A DNA stretch of 63,482 nucleotides, the filler included, from Squatina squatina (taxonomy: Eukaryota): NCBI GenBank assembly GCA_031763465.1. It is 3 parts of 3 records of this genome, joined end to end, with 100 filler letters (N's around TTAATTAATTAA, not from the genome) between each part and the next. Parts side by side here need not be neighbours in the genome. Positions count along the whole stretch, not along the records: positions 1 to 20,851 come from JARFOE010000100.1; 2 more parts are not named here. One strand, given 5' to 3'. Both the position numbers and the translations under genes were made by a program. Below the pieces are notes generated by a model. The model searched no databases and was not told the origin of the DNA. It worked only from the letters and a program-made list of their open reading frames with translations. Each line of letters starts with the position of its first letter. Positions within the stretch are counted from its first letter, which is position 1. Shown piece after piece: positions 1 through 14,104 of this stretch.

Positions 1-368
1 ATGGCACACATTCTATTTGGATACATGCAGGTGATGATGGCACTGCACTAAAGCAGTCAATAGGCTATTTGTTGACATTCATTCCCATTTAAAAGAGAAA
101 TCTGCAGAACAGACCAGCTGAATATTTCAAAGAAATTACTACACAGAAATAGACTGTTCAGCCAAACCAATGATGTTGATGTTTACTCTCCAACTAGTCC
201 GGCTCCAGTGTCCTGTTCCCATATCTGCCCATTCCCCCTTCCTCCAACCACCGACCTTAATCTATGCTTAAATGTTGACATACTTTAATGACCAACTCCA
301 GTAATACAAGCTGTAGCCTCACAACCCTTTCCCTCCTGCTGTTTTTTTTTTAAAAACAAAATTCTTAC

Positions 369-561
369 CAGGATCAAAAGGATCAATGGACCATCCTTTA
401 AAAAATGCCTGGAATTTTGAATTGGCCAGCTTGTTCTTCCCCACACTAGTCTTAACATCAGCTTTCTTCTCATCTGGTCCAGGAATTTTAGTGCAGTAAT
501 CAAGGAATCCATAAGGAGTCATTACTTCCACATAGCCTTTTTCACAGCCGCACACTCCTCC
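369..561 (-). CDS. THSD7B: THSD7B internal exon near the C-terminus (juxtamembrane region)
   Basis: Translates GGVCGCEKGYVEVMTPYGFLDYCTKIPGPDEKKADVKTSVGKNKLANSKFQAFFKGWSIDPFDP; matches recalled THSD7B (CEKGY...GFLDYC...KKADVK...FKGWS) better than THSD7A; cag acceptor and gtaag donor. Confidence 0.9.
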
Positions 562-1568
562 CTGAGGATTGATTACAACACAATCAATTATTAAACAGGA
601 CAAGGATATAAGTTTACAGTCAGGTAGGAGCGGGGAGACCTCCTTCCATAATGTCATAAGCAAAGTAATACTAAGGGTTCAGAAATAGATTTAATTGCCC
701 CATATCTCTTTCAATGGTAATAACACAGACACAGTAAAGAACCAAAGTTCAGCTTATGGTCTACTTCTGATAACTCAGTTATTGTTGCGCTTAATACTCG
801 AGATAAATGAGTAACAAAAGAAATTGGAAGTGTTGTGCTAAATTGTCAGATAATTTGGATTAAGCTATTTTGAATTCAGAGCAGAATGTATAATGAAATG
901 ATATTTTCTTAAAAATAGTTCTTTGTTACAATATGTCATCTCAAAAATGACAACAGGATGCTTCTAAGTAATTAATTGGAGTCTTCCATAACAGTGAATT
1001 GATTTATTAAAACTTTGCAACTCTTTTCCAGGTCATTATCAAGAAAGAAACAGTTTTATTTTTGAATGTTGTTTATTAATTAATTGATTTTAGAAATTTG
1101 CAAAATTCCTGTTGAGTTGCATTGGATCTACACAGAAATATCACACAAGTAGGAAATGTTGTGGTTTATACTAAACATTTATGCTCTCATTGGAAATAGA
1201 AATATAGATTAATATCATGTGGCATGCAGTAAATACAGATTTGTGCCAGCATCGAGGCATGAAAGAGACCAGGATTTCAGTGTTCGTCATTCTGTGTGCG
1301 CATGTACCTGTTCTTCTGTGACTGACATTCAGAGCAGCAGGAGTTACTTATCCATGTGGGAAGCTCAGATGGATATTTAAAAGTCAAGGGCTTTGCTCCA
1401 TTGATTTTGTCCCTTTGTGGAGAAAAGTCACAACACTTGCAACAAAAAAGCCACATGTTTTAAAACAANNNNNNNNNNNNNNNNNNNNNNNNNNNNNNNN
1501 NNNNNNNNNNNNNNNNNNNNNNNNNNNNNNNNNNNNNNNNNNNNNNNNNNNNNNNNNNNNNNNNNNNN

Positions 1569-1805
1569 GGTTATTGGTGAGCAAGTGTCACTTGATAGCA
1601 CTGTCTACGACACCTTCCATCACTTTGCTGATGATTGAGAGTAGATTGATGGGGCGGTAATTGGCCGGATTGGATTTGTCCTGTTTTTTGTGGACAGGAC
1701 ATACCTGGGCTGTTTTCCACATTGTTCGATAGATGCCAGTGTTGTAGCTGTACTGGAACAGCTTGGCTATTGGCACAGCTAACTCTGAAGCACAAGTCTT
1801 CAGGA
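1569..1805 (-). mobile_element. LINE reverse-transcriptase fragment (CR1/L2 superclade)
   Basis: VLKTCASELAVPIAKLFQYSYNTGIY..WKTAQVCPVHKKQDKSNPANYRPINLLSIISKVME is the typical non-LTR RT N-terminal motif. Confidence 0.85.
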
Positions 1806-1903
1806 CGATTTTAAAATCAAACATTAACAGAACTGTGCCCCAGATTATGCTATGAGTTTCCAAAAATTCTATGCATAATAAAGAGTTAAATACTGTTCTT
1901 TAC

Positions 1904-1999
1904 CTGTCACATTGACACCATCTGAGCGGACACACCATACAGCTCGCTCGTTGCCATTCCAGGGACTTGATCTCCATTCATACTCATGACAATTTCCTT
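1904..1999 (-). CDS. THSD7B: THSD7B internal exon
   Basis: Hand translation EGNCHEYEWRSSPWNGNERAVWCVRSDGVNVTG; tttccag acceptor and gtaaag donor; not in the ORF track. Confidence 0.88.
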
Positions 2000-3689
2000 C
2001 TGGAAAGAAAACATTCAAATTGCTCTTTGCAGGAAAAATATTCAACTTGCTTTCAGTTCATGATTTGGGGTTTTTGGTCACCCAAGTAAAAATACAATGA
2101 CAAGGCACCAGGCTCTCACCCAATTTGCAGCATTATATTGGTTTTAAACTGAATGCACCAGTATCAAAACACAAGTATAAATCCACAGGAAAAGTGTCAC
2201 CATCAAAAGTGTTATGAAAATACACTGCCTTCTATTTTACAGCTGTAAACCCCTTGGAGTGAAGCATAAAAATGACCAATACTTGCTATCTCTGAAGCTG
2301 AAAACAACATTTCATGTCTTTGTTTATTTGACATCACACCATATAAAGATGGTAGTACTTTTGTCACTCATGTGTTGAGGCTATGAGCATACTTAAAAGT
2401 TACGCAGAAATTGCTTCGTGTTAGGTTTCAAGTAACAATGAGAAAAGGTGAAGATGACACTAATGTGACAGTTTGTCAGATTAAGTGACGAAAGAACATA
2501 CATTATGAAACAATAAGGTCATATGACCCATCAGACCTTTTGCAGTTCATGTGCAACCTACCTTATGATTGATTTTAATCACCCCATTTAATTCCTGGCG
2601 GGAAAGTTCTGTATAAATACTTCCTTATCCCCAAAGGGTATTAAGCAAGCTCCAGAATACTCACCCATCGTCACATCTCCATTATTTCACTTCAGGAAGG
2701 CAGGCAGATATAAAAACATAACAATTCCAATCCTCTGTTATGCCAAGTATCATTTTTATTCTTCACATATTCCAACCACTACAGAGTTTAGGCACTGCAA
2801 TCCTGAGAATTTCCCATGTTTCTGGTCTTCATTCACTTCAATCATTCCCGAAGAGACTAACTTGATATGCATGTAGGTATGAAACGAGTCAATTTCAAAA
2901 TGCAAATTACATGGCATCTGTAATTTGGTGTTGAATTTTGAAATCATTTTCAATATAGAAGGAAAGGAATTTATATACAGTTAACAGAAATGGGGATGTC
3001 ATTATTGACCTCATGTTCCTCAGCAGTCATCTCTATTAGTAACTTTAATTATTTCCAGTCTAGGTCAGAAGCTGATAAGCTTTAAATTTAGTTCTGCAGA
3101 GGTGAAGGGCAAAGGTTTTCAAATTGAACTAGATTGAAGTAACTTTCAATTACACATGTATCTTTCACAGTGATCTGTCTCTGAATAGATATTGCAAATT
3201 GCACATTAAGGTTATTTTAGCAGTGCCGAGCTGCTCACTGCCAGCAACAGAGAGCAATTTTCAATCTTATCTCTTTATAACAGTGATGCACAACATCTGG
3301 CCTATGCACTGAATCCAGTCGGCAAGCCATTGTGAATGAGCCATGTAGGCATTCGTAAATTTGTGAAACACTGAACAAACCAATTACACTGACCCAGGCG
3401 GACTGATTTCAAAAGCAGTTTCTCTCCCTGTACTTCCTTCCTCTTTCCCTTTGTTACCCTTCTCATTTACTTTCCTTCCATGTTGTCTCCTTTCCCTCTG
3501 GGTTTTCCTTTCCTTTCCACCCGCTCTTGGTCGAAGTACTTAGCCAAAATGCAGAGTAAAGTGGATGCTNNNNNNNNNNNNNNNNNNNNNNNNNNNNNNN
3601 NNNNNNNNNNNNNNNNNNNNNNNNNNNNNNNNNNNNNNNNNNNNNNNNNNNNNNNNNNNNNNNNNNNNNTCAATTCACCTGCCATTTCT

Positions 3690-3856
3690 CCATGTGCCTT
3701 AGCTTTCAAGCTGGGGATCGATGGATTAATATTAATTAAGGTTATCAAGGGATATGGAGCTAAGGCAGGTAAATTGAGTTGCAGATCAGCCATGATTTAA
3801 CTGAATAGTGGAACAGGCATGAAGGGCTGAATGGCCTACTCCTGTTCCTATGTTTT
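3690..3856 (+). mobile_element. CR1/HER1-type LINE 3' end
   Basis: ttcaagctgggatcgat...gggatatgg...gatcagccatgat...ggctgaatggcctactcctgttcctatgt, the same 3' tail recurs many times in this window. Confidence 0.7.
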
Positions 3857-6224
3857 TGCATGTCCTGCTGCTTGGCGTCTGTTTGTCCCTCAGTGAAGTG
3901 TCTTGGGACATTTTACCAAGTTAACGGTGTGAAATTTGTTATTTGGTTACCCAACAATACTACTTAAGGGTATAGATGCACAGATGTGGCCTCTCAAACA
4001 AGATTCGTATACACAGTTCCAGAAAGGTACCTGGAAGAAGCCAATAGCCGAGGAGTTAATTGTCACTGTCACCTTGACTGCTACAGTAAAGTAGTGGCAA
4101 TTGCAGATTGACTAGTAAACTCTGCAATTTACAGCATAGGTCGATGAGAACTTATCTACTGAGCCTTATTCTCCTTAGGCACTGCATTTCAATAAGACAG
4201 ATAATTTGTTCTCCGCTAGAATNNNNNNNNNNNNNNNNNNNNNNNNNNNNNNNNNNNNNNNNNNNNNNNNNNNNNNNNNNNNNNNNNNNNNNNNNNNNNN
4301 NNNNNNNNNNNNNNNNNNNNNNGAAGATGCACTCTCCTTGGAGCAGATTGCTGAACTGTTGATAGCAGCCCAAAGTTATGACCAGTGCCAAAGCAAAGCA
4401 CTCCTGGAGTTCTTTAACAATACTGTTACATATTTTGTATTACAAACACACCAAGCATTTGATGTGGTCACACACTCAAGAAGATTTATCAATGGAGATT
4501 TTATTTTATTACTTAGCTCCAGGCTAAAATTGAAAACCAGACAGTAAGGTCACAGCTGACAAACCACTTATACTAAAACGTTGAAATAGAAAATCAAGCA
4601 TAGCCTAGAATTTAAAGTGCTCTTTCCTTGCACATTCCTAAAACTCCACACAATATGTTCCTGAATTATTCATGTCATATCCAGAGGTGGCCAAACAGTT
4701 GGAGAATTAAGACTAAACATAGCAGGAAAGCAGTGACAAAGAGGAAGAGATCTACTGAAATCAGAAATTAACTTTAGTTAGCACTTGAGTTACAAAGGCA
4801 AAGTTCATTAGAGGCTACACAATCTTTTAAAAAGCAACAGCTCGACACCCACTACCTCGGCTGTTTGGGTTATGAAGGTCATCAAAAAATAACGAACTGA
4901 ACAGATTGCAATGTAACTATTTACCAGTTACAAATGTGCACTTAGCCAGTAAAACAACCATTTATTTTGAATAGAGGGCACTTCCAACATCACGTCCTCA
5001 GTGTTGCACTTTATCATTTTTCTAAGTAGGGAACCAAGCAGCTATTAAAGGAATATGCTCCACCAGGAAGCTTTACAATGACCTTGTAGTGCAATGTAAC
5101 CAACACTGGCGTGTAGTCATAGAACCACAGAAATAGAGGTAGGCCGTTCAGCCATTGTGGCTACGTNNNNNNNNNNNNNNNNNNNNNNNNNNNNNNNNNN
5201 NNNNNNNNNNNNNNNNNNNNNNNNNNNNNNNNNNNNNNNNNNNNNNNNNNNNNNNNNNNNNNNNNNCACAAAGTCAAAATTACCCCCAGGAGCTCTGCGG
5301 GTACAAACATGACCAAATATACTATATTTCTTTGAAGGGGCAGGTTGATTTGAACCTCAATTACCCAACTTATATAAACTTTGAAATCTAAACAATCAAT
5401 ATGAAATGTTGCTATTTGGGTCACTTCATGTTATGATTTCAGTTGTGTCCTCACTTCTAACAGCAACTGCATATTTGCATTATCTAATGGTGGAGGAAGT
5501 CATAGAAGCACCATAAGATGTAAATAAAATGATTAATCAGGACTAAGCTGGCCATCTAAAAAGAATATTGATTACAAATCTACTATACAGTTGCTTTTTA
5601 ACCTCCACAGTCCCTCTAATTCATCTAAAGGTTTCTGAATTTGCAATAAGTTCAGTACTGAATAATTCAGATATGCAAAATTCAAATGCATCATCGAATA
5701 TTAAATGCAAACTTAGAAACGTGCATCGAATCTAGAATAGTTACCAGATGAATTCCACAGTTAAACTAGGAATATTGCAGGGAATAGTAAAACATGTTTG
5801 ACATCATTCACTACAATTATATAATGTTTATTTTGGTTGAATATAGAATATTATTTGCTATCAGGATGACACAGATGGTGAGGCACTTGCTTGCTTTCCG
5901 TCTTATCGCCATACATCATACATTTACAATCATTTGTTTATGTGTGCTGTACCTTCTATGTAGGTTTTTCCCACAATTTAGCAATAAAAAAATTAAATTC
6001 ATTTAAAAGTACTTAAGATACCAACAACTGAATTGTTGTGACAACCAACATACACGTCCCCTAACTGGGCCTTATTAAATTTGAGCAATTGCTATGCAAT
6101 TAGTCTATTGGAATGCCATCTGCACATCCTTTGTTAGATTAAACTCAATAACTGCTTGTCTTAATATCTTACAGTGGAAGGTGAACCGATGTTTGCATTT
6201 TGATGTTCGTAAGTATTTACATAC

Positions 6225-6281
6225 CCTCAAGTCCACAGGTGCGGGAACATTCAGACCAAGAAGACCACTCTGATAGCTGGC
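6225..6281 (-). CDS. THSD7B: THSD7B partial exon (TSP1 repeat), truncated by gap
   Basis: (C)QLSEWSSWSECSRTCGLE with WxxWxxC TSP1 motif; gtatgt donor. Confidence 0.8.
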
Positions 6282-7699
6282 NNNNNNNNNNNNNNNNNNN
6301 NNNNNNNNNNNNNNNNNNNNNNNNNNNNNNNNNNNNNNNNNNNNNNNNNNNNNNNNNNNNNNNNNNNNNNNNNNNNNNNNNATATAGGTAAGCACAACTG
6401 CCATTTTCACTGAATTGAAGAGGCGAGATTTGAAGAGGGCAATCCACCTGTATGAATGTTTTTTGAAGGGTGAGGAAACTTAACATTGTAAAGAAGTGAG
6501 ACTGACTATAGCAAAAAAAACTACTGAACTACATACTTAGAATGTGCTCTATGATCACAAGTGTTGGCAGGAATCTTTCCTTTCAGTCAGTTAATCCTAT
6601 TACACAGTTTATTGGCTAGTATTTCACTTGTGTGGTCTCATTTTAGAAGAATAGCTATTAAATAGCCCTTCCTATGCCATTGCACTGCACAATTAAAATG
6701 GTTAGATCCTAACCAGGAAAATGAAATGACAACCTAAGGCTCATTGTTTAATTCACCAGCTGCCACTTTCATTTAAAAAGGATCAATGAAAATAAAAATA
6801 AATTATATTTTTCAGAGGTGATCTTAAATGGAATTCACTTTATGTCATTTTGGAATAGCCAATTACCTGTTAGGTTGTAGTGATAGTGAAAGCAGTTTTT
6901 GTTGAGAGCACAGGGCTCCACCTCAGAGGCTTCTGGGCAGGTTTTCCCATCTGCTGGTAGGCGTAGAGGATATCGAGTTCGAACACGAATGTTCAAAATG
7001 TTACATTCCTATATAAAATTTCCAAATAAACAAATGTGAATAGCAACATCGACACAACATTTAAAGTGTTGTCTTGGATAGATATTGGCTAAAATTAGTA
7101 TTCTAATTGCTTTATTTCTTAACACTGTATTTACAAAAATGAAATGGTGCTTTTGAAATTTGAGTTTTAACACTGGTGGCTGACAGCATTAAAAGCACCA
7201 GTTTCTTTTCTCGTGCAGCAGGAAGTGGTTTTTAGTCACTCCTTTTCCCAATTATTGTTGTGGTCCCACACCCAGTCAAATTATTAACGTCAAAGGAAAT
7301 GGTTTGCACCACATTCCATGCCTTTTGTTCATCTGACACAAAGTTGTGCTGCTGTATGATGCTTTATCTTAACGGGTGAGCGAAATCTGCTGTCAGCTTT
7401 TTTTTAATCTATAAATAAATCATTAGAATCAAAAATATCATGGTAACAAAATCTGTTGATGACACCTTGAGCTTTCTGCAGCTCTACCTCAGTAAGAGAC
7501 AGAAGTACAATTCTTTGCAATAGTTTAATTGCACTCAGGAGGATCGCTGAAATTCAGTCAAATTAGCATGTGCTACATTCCCATTTCTTTTAAAGAACCA
7601 CAAATTGGAGACAAAATAACAACATCCATTACAAGTTATTAGATAATTCTGTGTATATGCCTGTCAATTAATATTTGTGCTAATATTCCTCATTTTCTC

Positions 7700-8020
7700 C
7701 AGGTGCTGTCCCATAGGCTTCTGGAGGGAGTCACAGCATGCAGGGAGGTTCTCTTCCCTTCCAAGTGGGTGGAAGAGACTTCCCCAGGACACCAACGCAA
7801 CCTGGTTGCACATTGCAAAGGAGGACATAAGCAGGAATGTCATCAGGAGGACCAGGCTGCAGTGGGGCAAACCTTTCAATGACCTCAGTAGATCACGAAA
7901 CGTTATTGCAAAGCTGCACTCAATCTCATCCTGCTGTGCCACTCTTCACATCCCCATCACTCTGCCTTCCCTACCCTATTCCTGCATATCCTTACTCACA
8001 CCAACCTACCTTGCACATTA
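7700..8020 (+). mobile_element. Degenerate Harbinger-type Myb/SANT ORF remnant
   Basis: Frameshifted LLEGV..REVLFPS..WKRLP...WLHIAKE...RTRLQWGKPFNDLSRS resembles the Myb/SANT-like protein of Harbinger transposons; related copy at ~35730-36200. Confidence 0.55.
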
Positions 8021-9727
8021 GGTCTCGACTCAGCCTCCTCTGTTCCAAGAAAACGACCCAGCCGATCAAATCTTTCCTCATAACTAAAATTCTCCAGTCC
8101 ACGCAACATCCTTAAATCTCTTCTGTANNNNNNNNNNNNNNNNNNNNNNNNNNNNNNNNNNNNNNNNNNNNNNNNNNNNNNNNNNNNNNNNNNNNNNNNN
8201 NNNNNNNNNNNNNNNNNNNNNNNNNNNCGCTCGACTTGCCCGGGAAACTAGAGAGACCCGCTCCGAATCTCCAACTTGGGGGGTACTGAAGATCGCAAAC
8301 TCCCGTGGATCCAGGACCCTTAGGTAAGTACGTAAGGGAAATTGCAATCAGAGGCGCCCGCACGCAGGGAGCCTCCGATCGCAATTTCAGGCCCATTATC
8401 TCATTGATTTTACCTAGCCTGCTCTGTAGCAGTGCAGTCTGTTTGTACGTAAGACTTTGAACTGTGTCTGCTAAACACGGAAGTGGAAGTAACTGCTCTT
8501 CCTGACTAAGGTTAACTCATTAAGGCAGATGGGACTCAGTAATTAAGCACAGCAATCAACAGTTACCTAAAGCAATCTGCTACTCAGTGGGTAGCTACAA
8601 ATGGCAAACAGACAATAATTAAAAAGACAACGAAATTCAGCAGTCTTTAAAACTGCTCCAGTCAGCTACTCACAATATGTTAACATATTGGCATTTTAGT
8701 AGCTCCCAGCTACAATTACAAGACAGTAGATAGAAACAGAACTGAACATAGTAAGATGCTTAAGTATTGACTAGTCTTAGAGACCATTTAAAAGCTACAG
8801 AATCTCATAGTTAGCCGCTAATTAATTTTTTCTCATGTTTAATAAGGAAATAAAATGTCAACCTCTGAATAAATAACATTGTTTTAAATTATTAATATTT
8901 TTGCAGCATAGAGGGATTGGAGTTTCAGGTTCTTGTACTCACACAGCAGATTGTAGCTTTTCAGCTCAGTTTTCCAGCCTAGTACAGAGTCAGAACTCAA
9001 ATGTTAAAAGTGGAAGTCAGCAGTGTGATGGATGCAACTGCACTGTACTGGTTTCAATATCCAGCTTAAATAACATAAAATGAATGACACAAAGGGACAC
9101 AATTCTGTCAAATGCCATAATTTTCAACTAAAACACTTAGGCATACTGTAGTAAAATGTAGCTTTCTTGGTAGGTGAAAGGAAACCGTTTCCTTTCTGAA
9201 AATTATTTCTCATCAAGAGTTCAACAGTTTTGATAGATTAGCACAATTAACATACCAGATTAAGACAGGCAGCTCTTGTTGAGAGTATTTGAATAAATTA
9301 TAACAGGCAATTTCTATGAACATTAGTTCAATAATTAGTACTGAAAGTGAATAATTTCTTCATATAACCTTAACCTGAATGAAATATAGTGGTACTAAAC
9401 TTAGAAAAGAATTACAGTGCAGAAACATTTTGGTTTATATTTCTAACAGTACAGAGATTACTTTTATGTTTCTGTTTGGATAAGGGCAATATACGAGGGA
9501 ACAACACTTTTTTAACTTGGCTCAATGAGCAGCAGATTTTCAGAATAATTGTAATCCACAAAAGTGTGTACAATTTAATTTGTCTAAATAGCCTTTGCGG
9601 AGCTGTTGCAGTTTATTTATAGTCAGAAGGCAGGGGAAATATAGGTTTAGGTGAAAAATTATTTGCAACTTATAGACTTGCTTTTGATTTCCAATCTGCT
9701 GAATTAGCTGATCACAATTGGAGTAAT

Positions 9728-9843
9728 AGTTCTGACGAAGGGTCATCGACCCGAAACGTTGACTCTGTTTTCTCTCCACAGATGCTGCCTGACCTGCTGA
9801 GTTTTTCCAGCAATTTTTGTTTGTATTCTAGATTCCAGCATCC
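9728..9843 (+). mobile_element. Penelope-like element terminal remnant with hammerhead-ribozyme core
   Basis: ctgacga-a-gggtc-atc-gaccc-gaaa-cgtt followed by cagatgctgcctgacctgctgagtttttccagc, a pattern recalled from fish Penelope-like repeats. Confidence 0.6.
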
Positions 9844-10498
9844 NNNNNNNNNNNNNNNNNNNNNNNNNNNNNNNNNNNNNNNNNNNNNNNNNNNNNNNNN
9901 NNNNNNNNNNNNNNNNNNNNNNNNNNNNNNNNNNNNNNNNNNNTTAAACATATGATGAGCAATTGTGTAATCACATGCCATAGCGCATATCAGCTCTTCA
10001 ATAATTATACCGACTAGTGAATGCACTAAAAATACCTGACTGATAATCAGCAAATTTTATTCCCTTAGGATTAGTATTATGTAATAAGCCATTAAAGGCC
10101 AATTTTCCTGGGCCCCATGCTGGGGAGTGTGCCAGAAGTGTGCTTCAGCTGGAGTGTTGCTGTTGACCTTGAAGTCTTGTGGCAGCTTAAAGGGGCACAG
10201 CTTTTTTGTTTCCATGGGTAAGCCTATAGAGGAACTGCTGCAGAGACAGCAGTGTGCCATTCAGGAAGCTTGCAACTTCATTCCAAGAAACCTGGAATCT
10301 GAGACGTTGCTTCTGCTAATGGGTCTATATTGAACGTGCTGAGCAGGAATAGCTAGTAGCTGATCTAAAATATTGGACAACAGGAGGGCTGTTCATTTAA
10401 GGTCATACCACTTTAATGATGATGATTGAGCAATTGCTGTAGGCAGCTGATAAAGGAAAGATGTCCTGTTTCCCTGCTGTGGACTGAAGGTTCTCACA

Positions 10499-10890
10499 GC
10501 TGTGGCTCAGTGGATAGTATCCTTGCCTCCAGGTCAGAAGATTGTGAGTTCAAGTCCCACATCAGAGACTTGAATGCAAAAGTTTAAGCTGATACTTGAG
10601 TGCAGTCCTGAAAGGTACTGTCTTTTGGATAAGATGTTAACCTGAGGTCCTGTCTGCTCTCTCAGGTGGATGTAAAAGATTCCACAGCACTATTTGAAGA
10701 GCAGGGGAGTCCTGGCCAATATTTATCCCACAATCAGATTATCTGGTCATTATCACATTGCTGTTTGTGAGGGCTTGCTGTGTGCAAATTGGCTGCTGGG
10801 TTTCCTACAGTGGCTACACTTCAAAAAGGTACTTTATTGGCTGTAAAGGACTTTGGAATATCCTGAAGTCAATGCAAATTACTTCTTTCA
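10499..10890 (+). mobile_element. Deu-domain SINE (SacSINE1-like), near full length
   Basis: tRNA-like head (tggctcagtgg A box, gagttcaagtccc B box), Deu-like core (gtcttttggataagatgttaacctgaggtcc...aaagattccacagcac), tail ending aatgcaaattacttctttc. Confidence 0.75.
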
Positions 10891-10987
10891 TTTTCTTTCT
10901 TACACATTCTGAACACATGAATGACTGTCATGTCTGAAACATTAGATTTTCTGAATTTATCAGGTGCATTTAAAATGAAATACCCAC

Positions 10988-11141
10988 TTTTGGACAAATA
11001 CTCCAGTGGCCCCAGTCAGACATTATACAGACATTTGGGCAGGGGAGGGAACACTGACGGGCTCCAACTGGCATCTCATCGTAATCACACAATGCATCAT
11101 CCACATTCTCTCCAGGCTCATCAGCTGTGTTACTCACACAT
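10988..11141 (-). CDS. THSD7B: THSD7B internal exon
   Basis: RCVSNTADEPGENVDDALCDYDEMPVGARQCSLPCPNVCIMSDWGHWSICPK; ctag acceptor, gtgggt donor. Confidence 0.88.
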
Positions 11142-14104
11142 CTAGGGAGACAAAACAAGTATCTATTATTGTAAAAAATAGCTGGACCTTTCCAGCCAGT
11201 ATGGAATATGAAATGAAATAGACTTTTGTGCAAGTTTCGCATAGCTTAGCTTCAATTTCCAAAATGTTGATTATGGCCAGACACCTGTGCTTCTGGAATA
11301 GTTCTGGTCACACTAGGAAAGGTATAATCTCGTTTCAATAAGACACCCTCAATTCTTCATAACTAACCGAAACGCCAACAACTGCACCAACAAAACAAAG
11401 AAAATTAAGGGACACAGAGTTGTGCAATCACAAAGAGCAAGATGAAAGTACATGGGTTGAAAAGTCCAGATTAAGAGTCTAGCACAGGATTGTTGACTGC
11501 AGGTCTATGTCCAAATCCCATAAATCCTTTTGCCCACATGAAAGGCGAGCCTGCCCAAGGCACACACCTCCTAGAAACCAGTTATTGAGACAGAAATTTC
11601 CTGGTTCTCCTCCCTCTTGGCCAAAGGTATGACAGAGCCAGAGAGTGAAACTAAACAGNNNNNNNNNNNNNNNNNNNNNNNNNNNNNNNNNNNNNNNNNN
11701 NNNNNNNNNNNNNNNNNNNNNNNNNNNNNNNNNNNNNNNNNNNNNNNNNNNNNNNNNNAAAAACCCCAAAATCAGTAAAGGAAACAATTCAACCTCGGTG
11801 TACAGCTTCTCTGCATTCCAGTGAATCACCTTTGATATTTCAGGGATAATCATTTCCAGGCAGGTAAATGATGATGTTCTTGTCAGTGATCTTAGTAAGT
11901 ACCTCATCCATCAACAAGAATTCCTTCAGTCAGTGAACCGAACACAGAAAACAAAAACAAATCACTCTAATTCTATATATTAGAACAAATAACCCTCTCT
12001 AGAGTGTGTTTCAAGGCAGTATCACACTTTGGCATTGAGGTGACATTAAGAAAAACAACTTCAGCTTCAGTCTTGCAGTACAACTATTGTTGCAAGTTCT
12101 TTATATTATTACAGCCCTCTGGTCTGGATGCTGAAATTTAAACCCACACTGAAATATCTTTGTGATGTAGGGCAGTGAGAAACTAAAGAAGCATTGGCTC
12201 CAGACAGACTAAAACTGAAGTTTATTCTGACACATTCCATTTGACAGCAGTTAGATTGGNNNNNNNNNNNNNNNNNNNNNNNNNNNNNNNNNNNNNNNNN
12301 NNNNNNNNNNNNNNNNNNNNNNNNNNNNNNNNNNNNNNNNNNNNNNNNNNNNNNNNNNNGATGCTAATAATGATCTACTTCAGAAAATAACTTTAAAATT
12401 AAGGTATCTGCTTGGCAATCTTTAATAGGTTGGTGTTCTTCAATCCCAGAGGCTTCAATAACTTAATAACTTCAAGCTGAAACAAAATATATTTTACAAA
12501 TTACTTTGCTTATAGTAGCAGGTTGACACATTAGACTAATGTATTAGTATCAGTGCATCCATTATAAAGTCATTAGAGGAACAGGCCAATTCCCACCAGC
12601 CAATCATAAAGCAATGCACAACATGACACTATCATTTATTTAACCCAAGGAATAAATTCTAATCTGCACTGTCCATTCCCTGAAAAGTTCACGTATTCCT
12701 GGCAGAAAGTACTCTAAATGCAGAAAATAAATCTTCCGCCTGTCACATTTTTCAGCACAATTTCCAACAGCTGTGACATTCACTTACAAACATCTGCTGC
12801 AGGGAGTATGACAGCAATGGTTGCCTACAGGGAGGCAAACATTAAAGACAAATCACAATTTTGAAAATGCATTCAAAATATCTTTTTACATTACTAAACA
12901 TATTTTGAAAATTAATATGCACTGATACACTATTAAAAATGTCTCAATTCCTATTACACAATATTTATGATGATTAAAAGTTAATAAAAAAAATCATTTT
13001 ACCAGCTTGAGCAGATTCAATAAGCAACATCTCCAGAAACATAATCAAAATTGGGAAAGGATGATTTTCTTATTCACTATGATGCACTTATTTTAGTTGG
13101 AACAATTCTTAATTTACTGCAGTGTTTTTTTCTTAGTTCAAAATACATCACAGTATAAATATTTCCGAGTGAGGTTCTGCCATTAAACAATGCAGAGGGT
13201 TAAAGCCACCGTTAGGAAAGTTCAGTTATTACATAAAGTGCATTATGGTCTTGAAGATCTGTTTCTTTTGAGCTTTCAGTAACTTTAATTTCTTAACAGG
13301 CCACATAAAGTAGATTCTAAACATGTGTTTTTATTGATTGCAGTAAACATTGAGTAATGGAGTAAATATTAAGATAGGNNNNNNNNNNNNNNNNNNNNNN
13401 NNNNNNNNNNNNNNNNNNNNNNNNNNNNNNNNNNNNNNNNNNNNNNNNNNNNNNNNNNNNNNNNNNNNNNNNNNNNNNAGCTCAGCTATTAGCGCCGACA
13501 ACGGGCATTAGACCAGTAACACCCGTTTATCGCTCATTTCCGGCGAGCGCTAAGCGTCCAATTGGGCGCCCTAAAGTGGAGGTAGAGAGCTGGAATGGGG
13601 TATTATCAGATATATATGGAAGGGCAGTGGGTGAGGGACGAATTGGGCTCAGCAGTTATGTGGCCATTTTCAGATCATGTACCACACTCACTATTAAGCT
13701 TCCACACGGAAAATAGCCTCTTGGTTGAGGACCAAAGGGTTACAGGTGTCTTCAAATACCTTGCCTAGGATGGCACAGTGCCTCCAGAAAAGGAATAGGG
13801 AAGACTGGAATAAATAAAGTGATGCACATTTGTGGTCTCACAATTATTCAACAGATTTGATATTTATCACTTACGTCACTCAGGAAATAAGTTGTTAAGT
13901 GTAGATATTCTATGTTCCTCCCTCATCAGGAATTAAGAAACATAAGTAGGCATTTGAAAGCATTCATTTTTCAGATCATTTGTATGACAGAAACTATTAA
14001 TATTACATAAAGAACAAAAATTTTTTTTAAAGTACCTGCCATTAATGCACAGATGATCAAGGCAGCATTTAGTAATTCATTGTTGGTCACTTGGAACACC
14101 TCAC

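Noticed and set aside
4323-4547. ORF EDALSLEQIAELLIAAQ... as an exon
   Set aside because: No recognisable homology or splice support; possibly a decayed repeat
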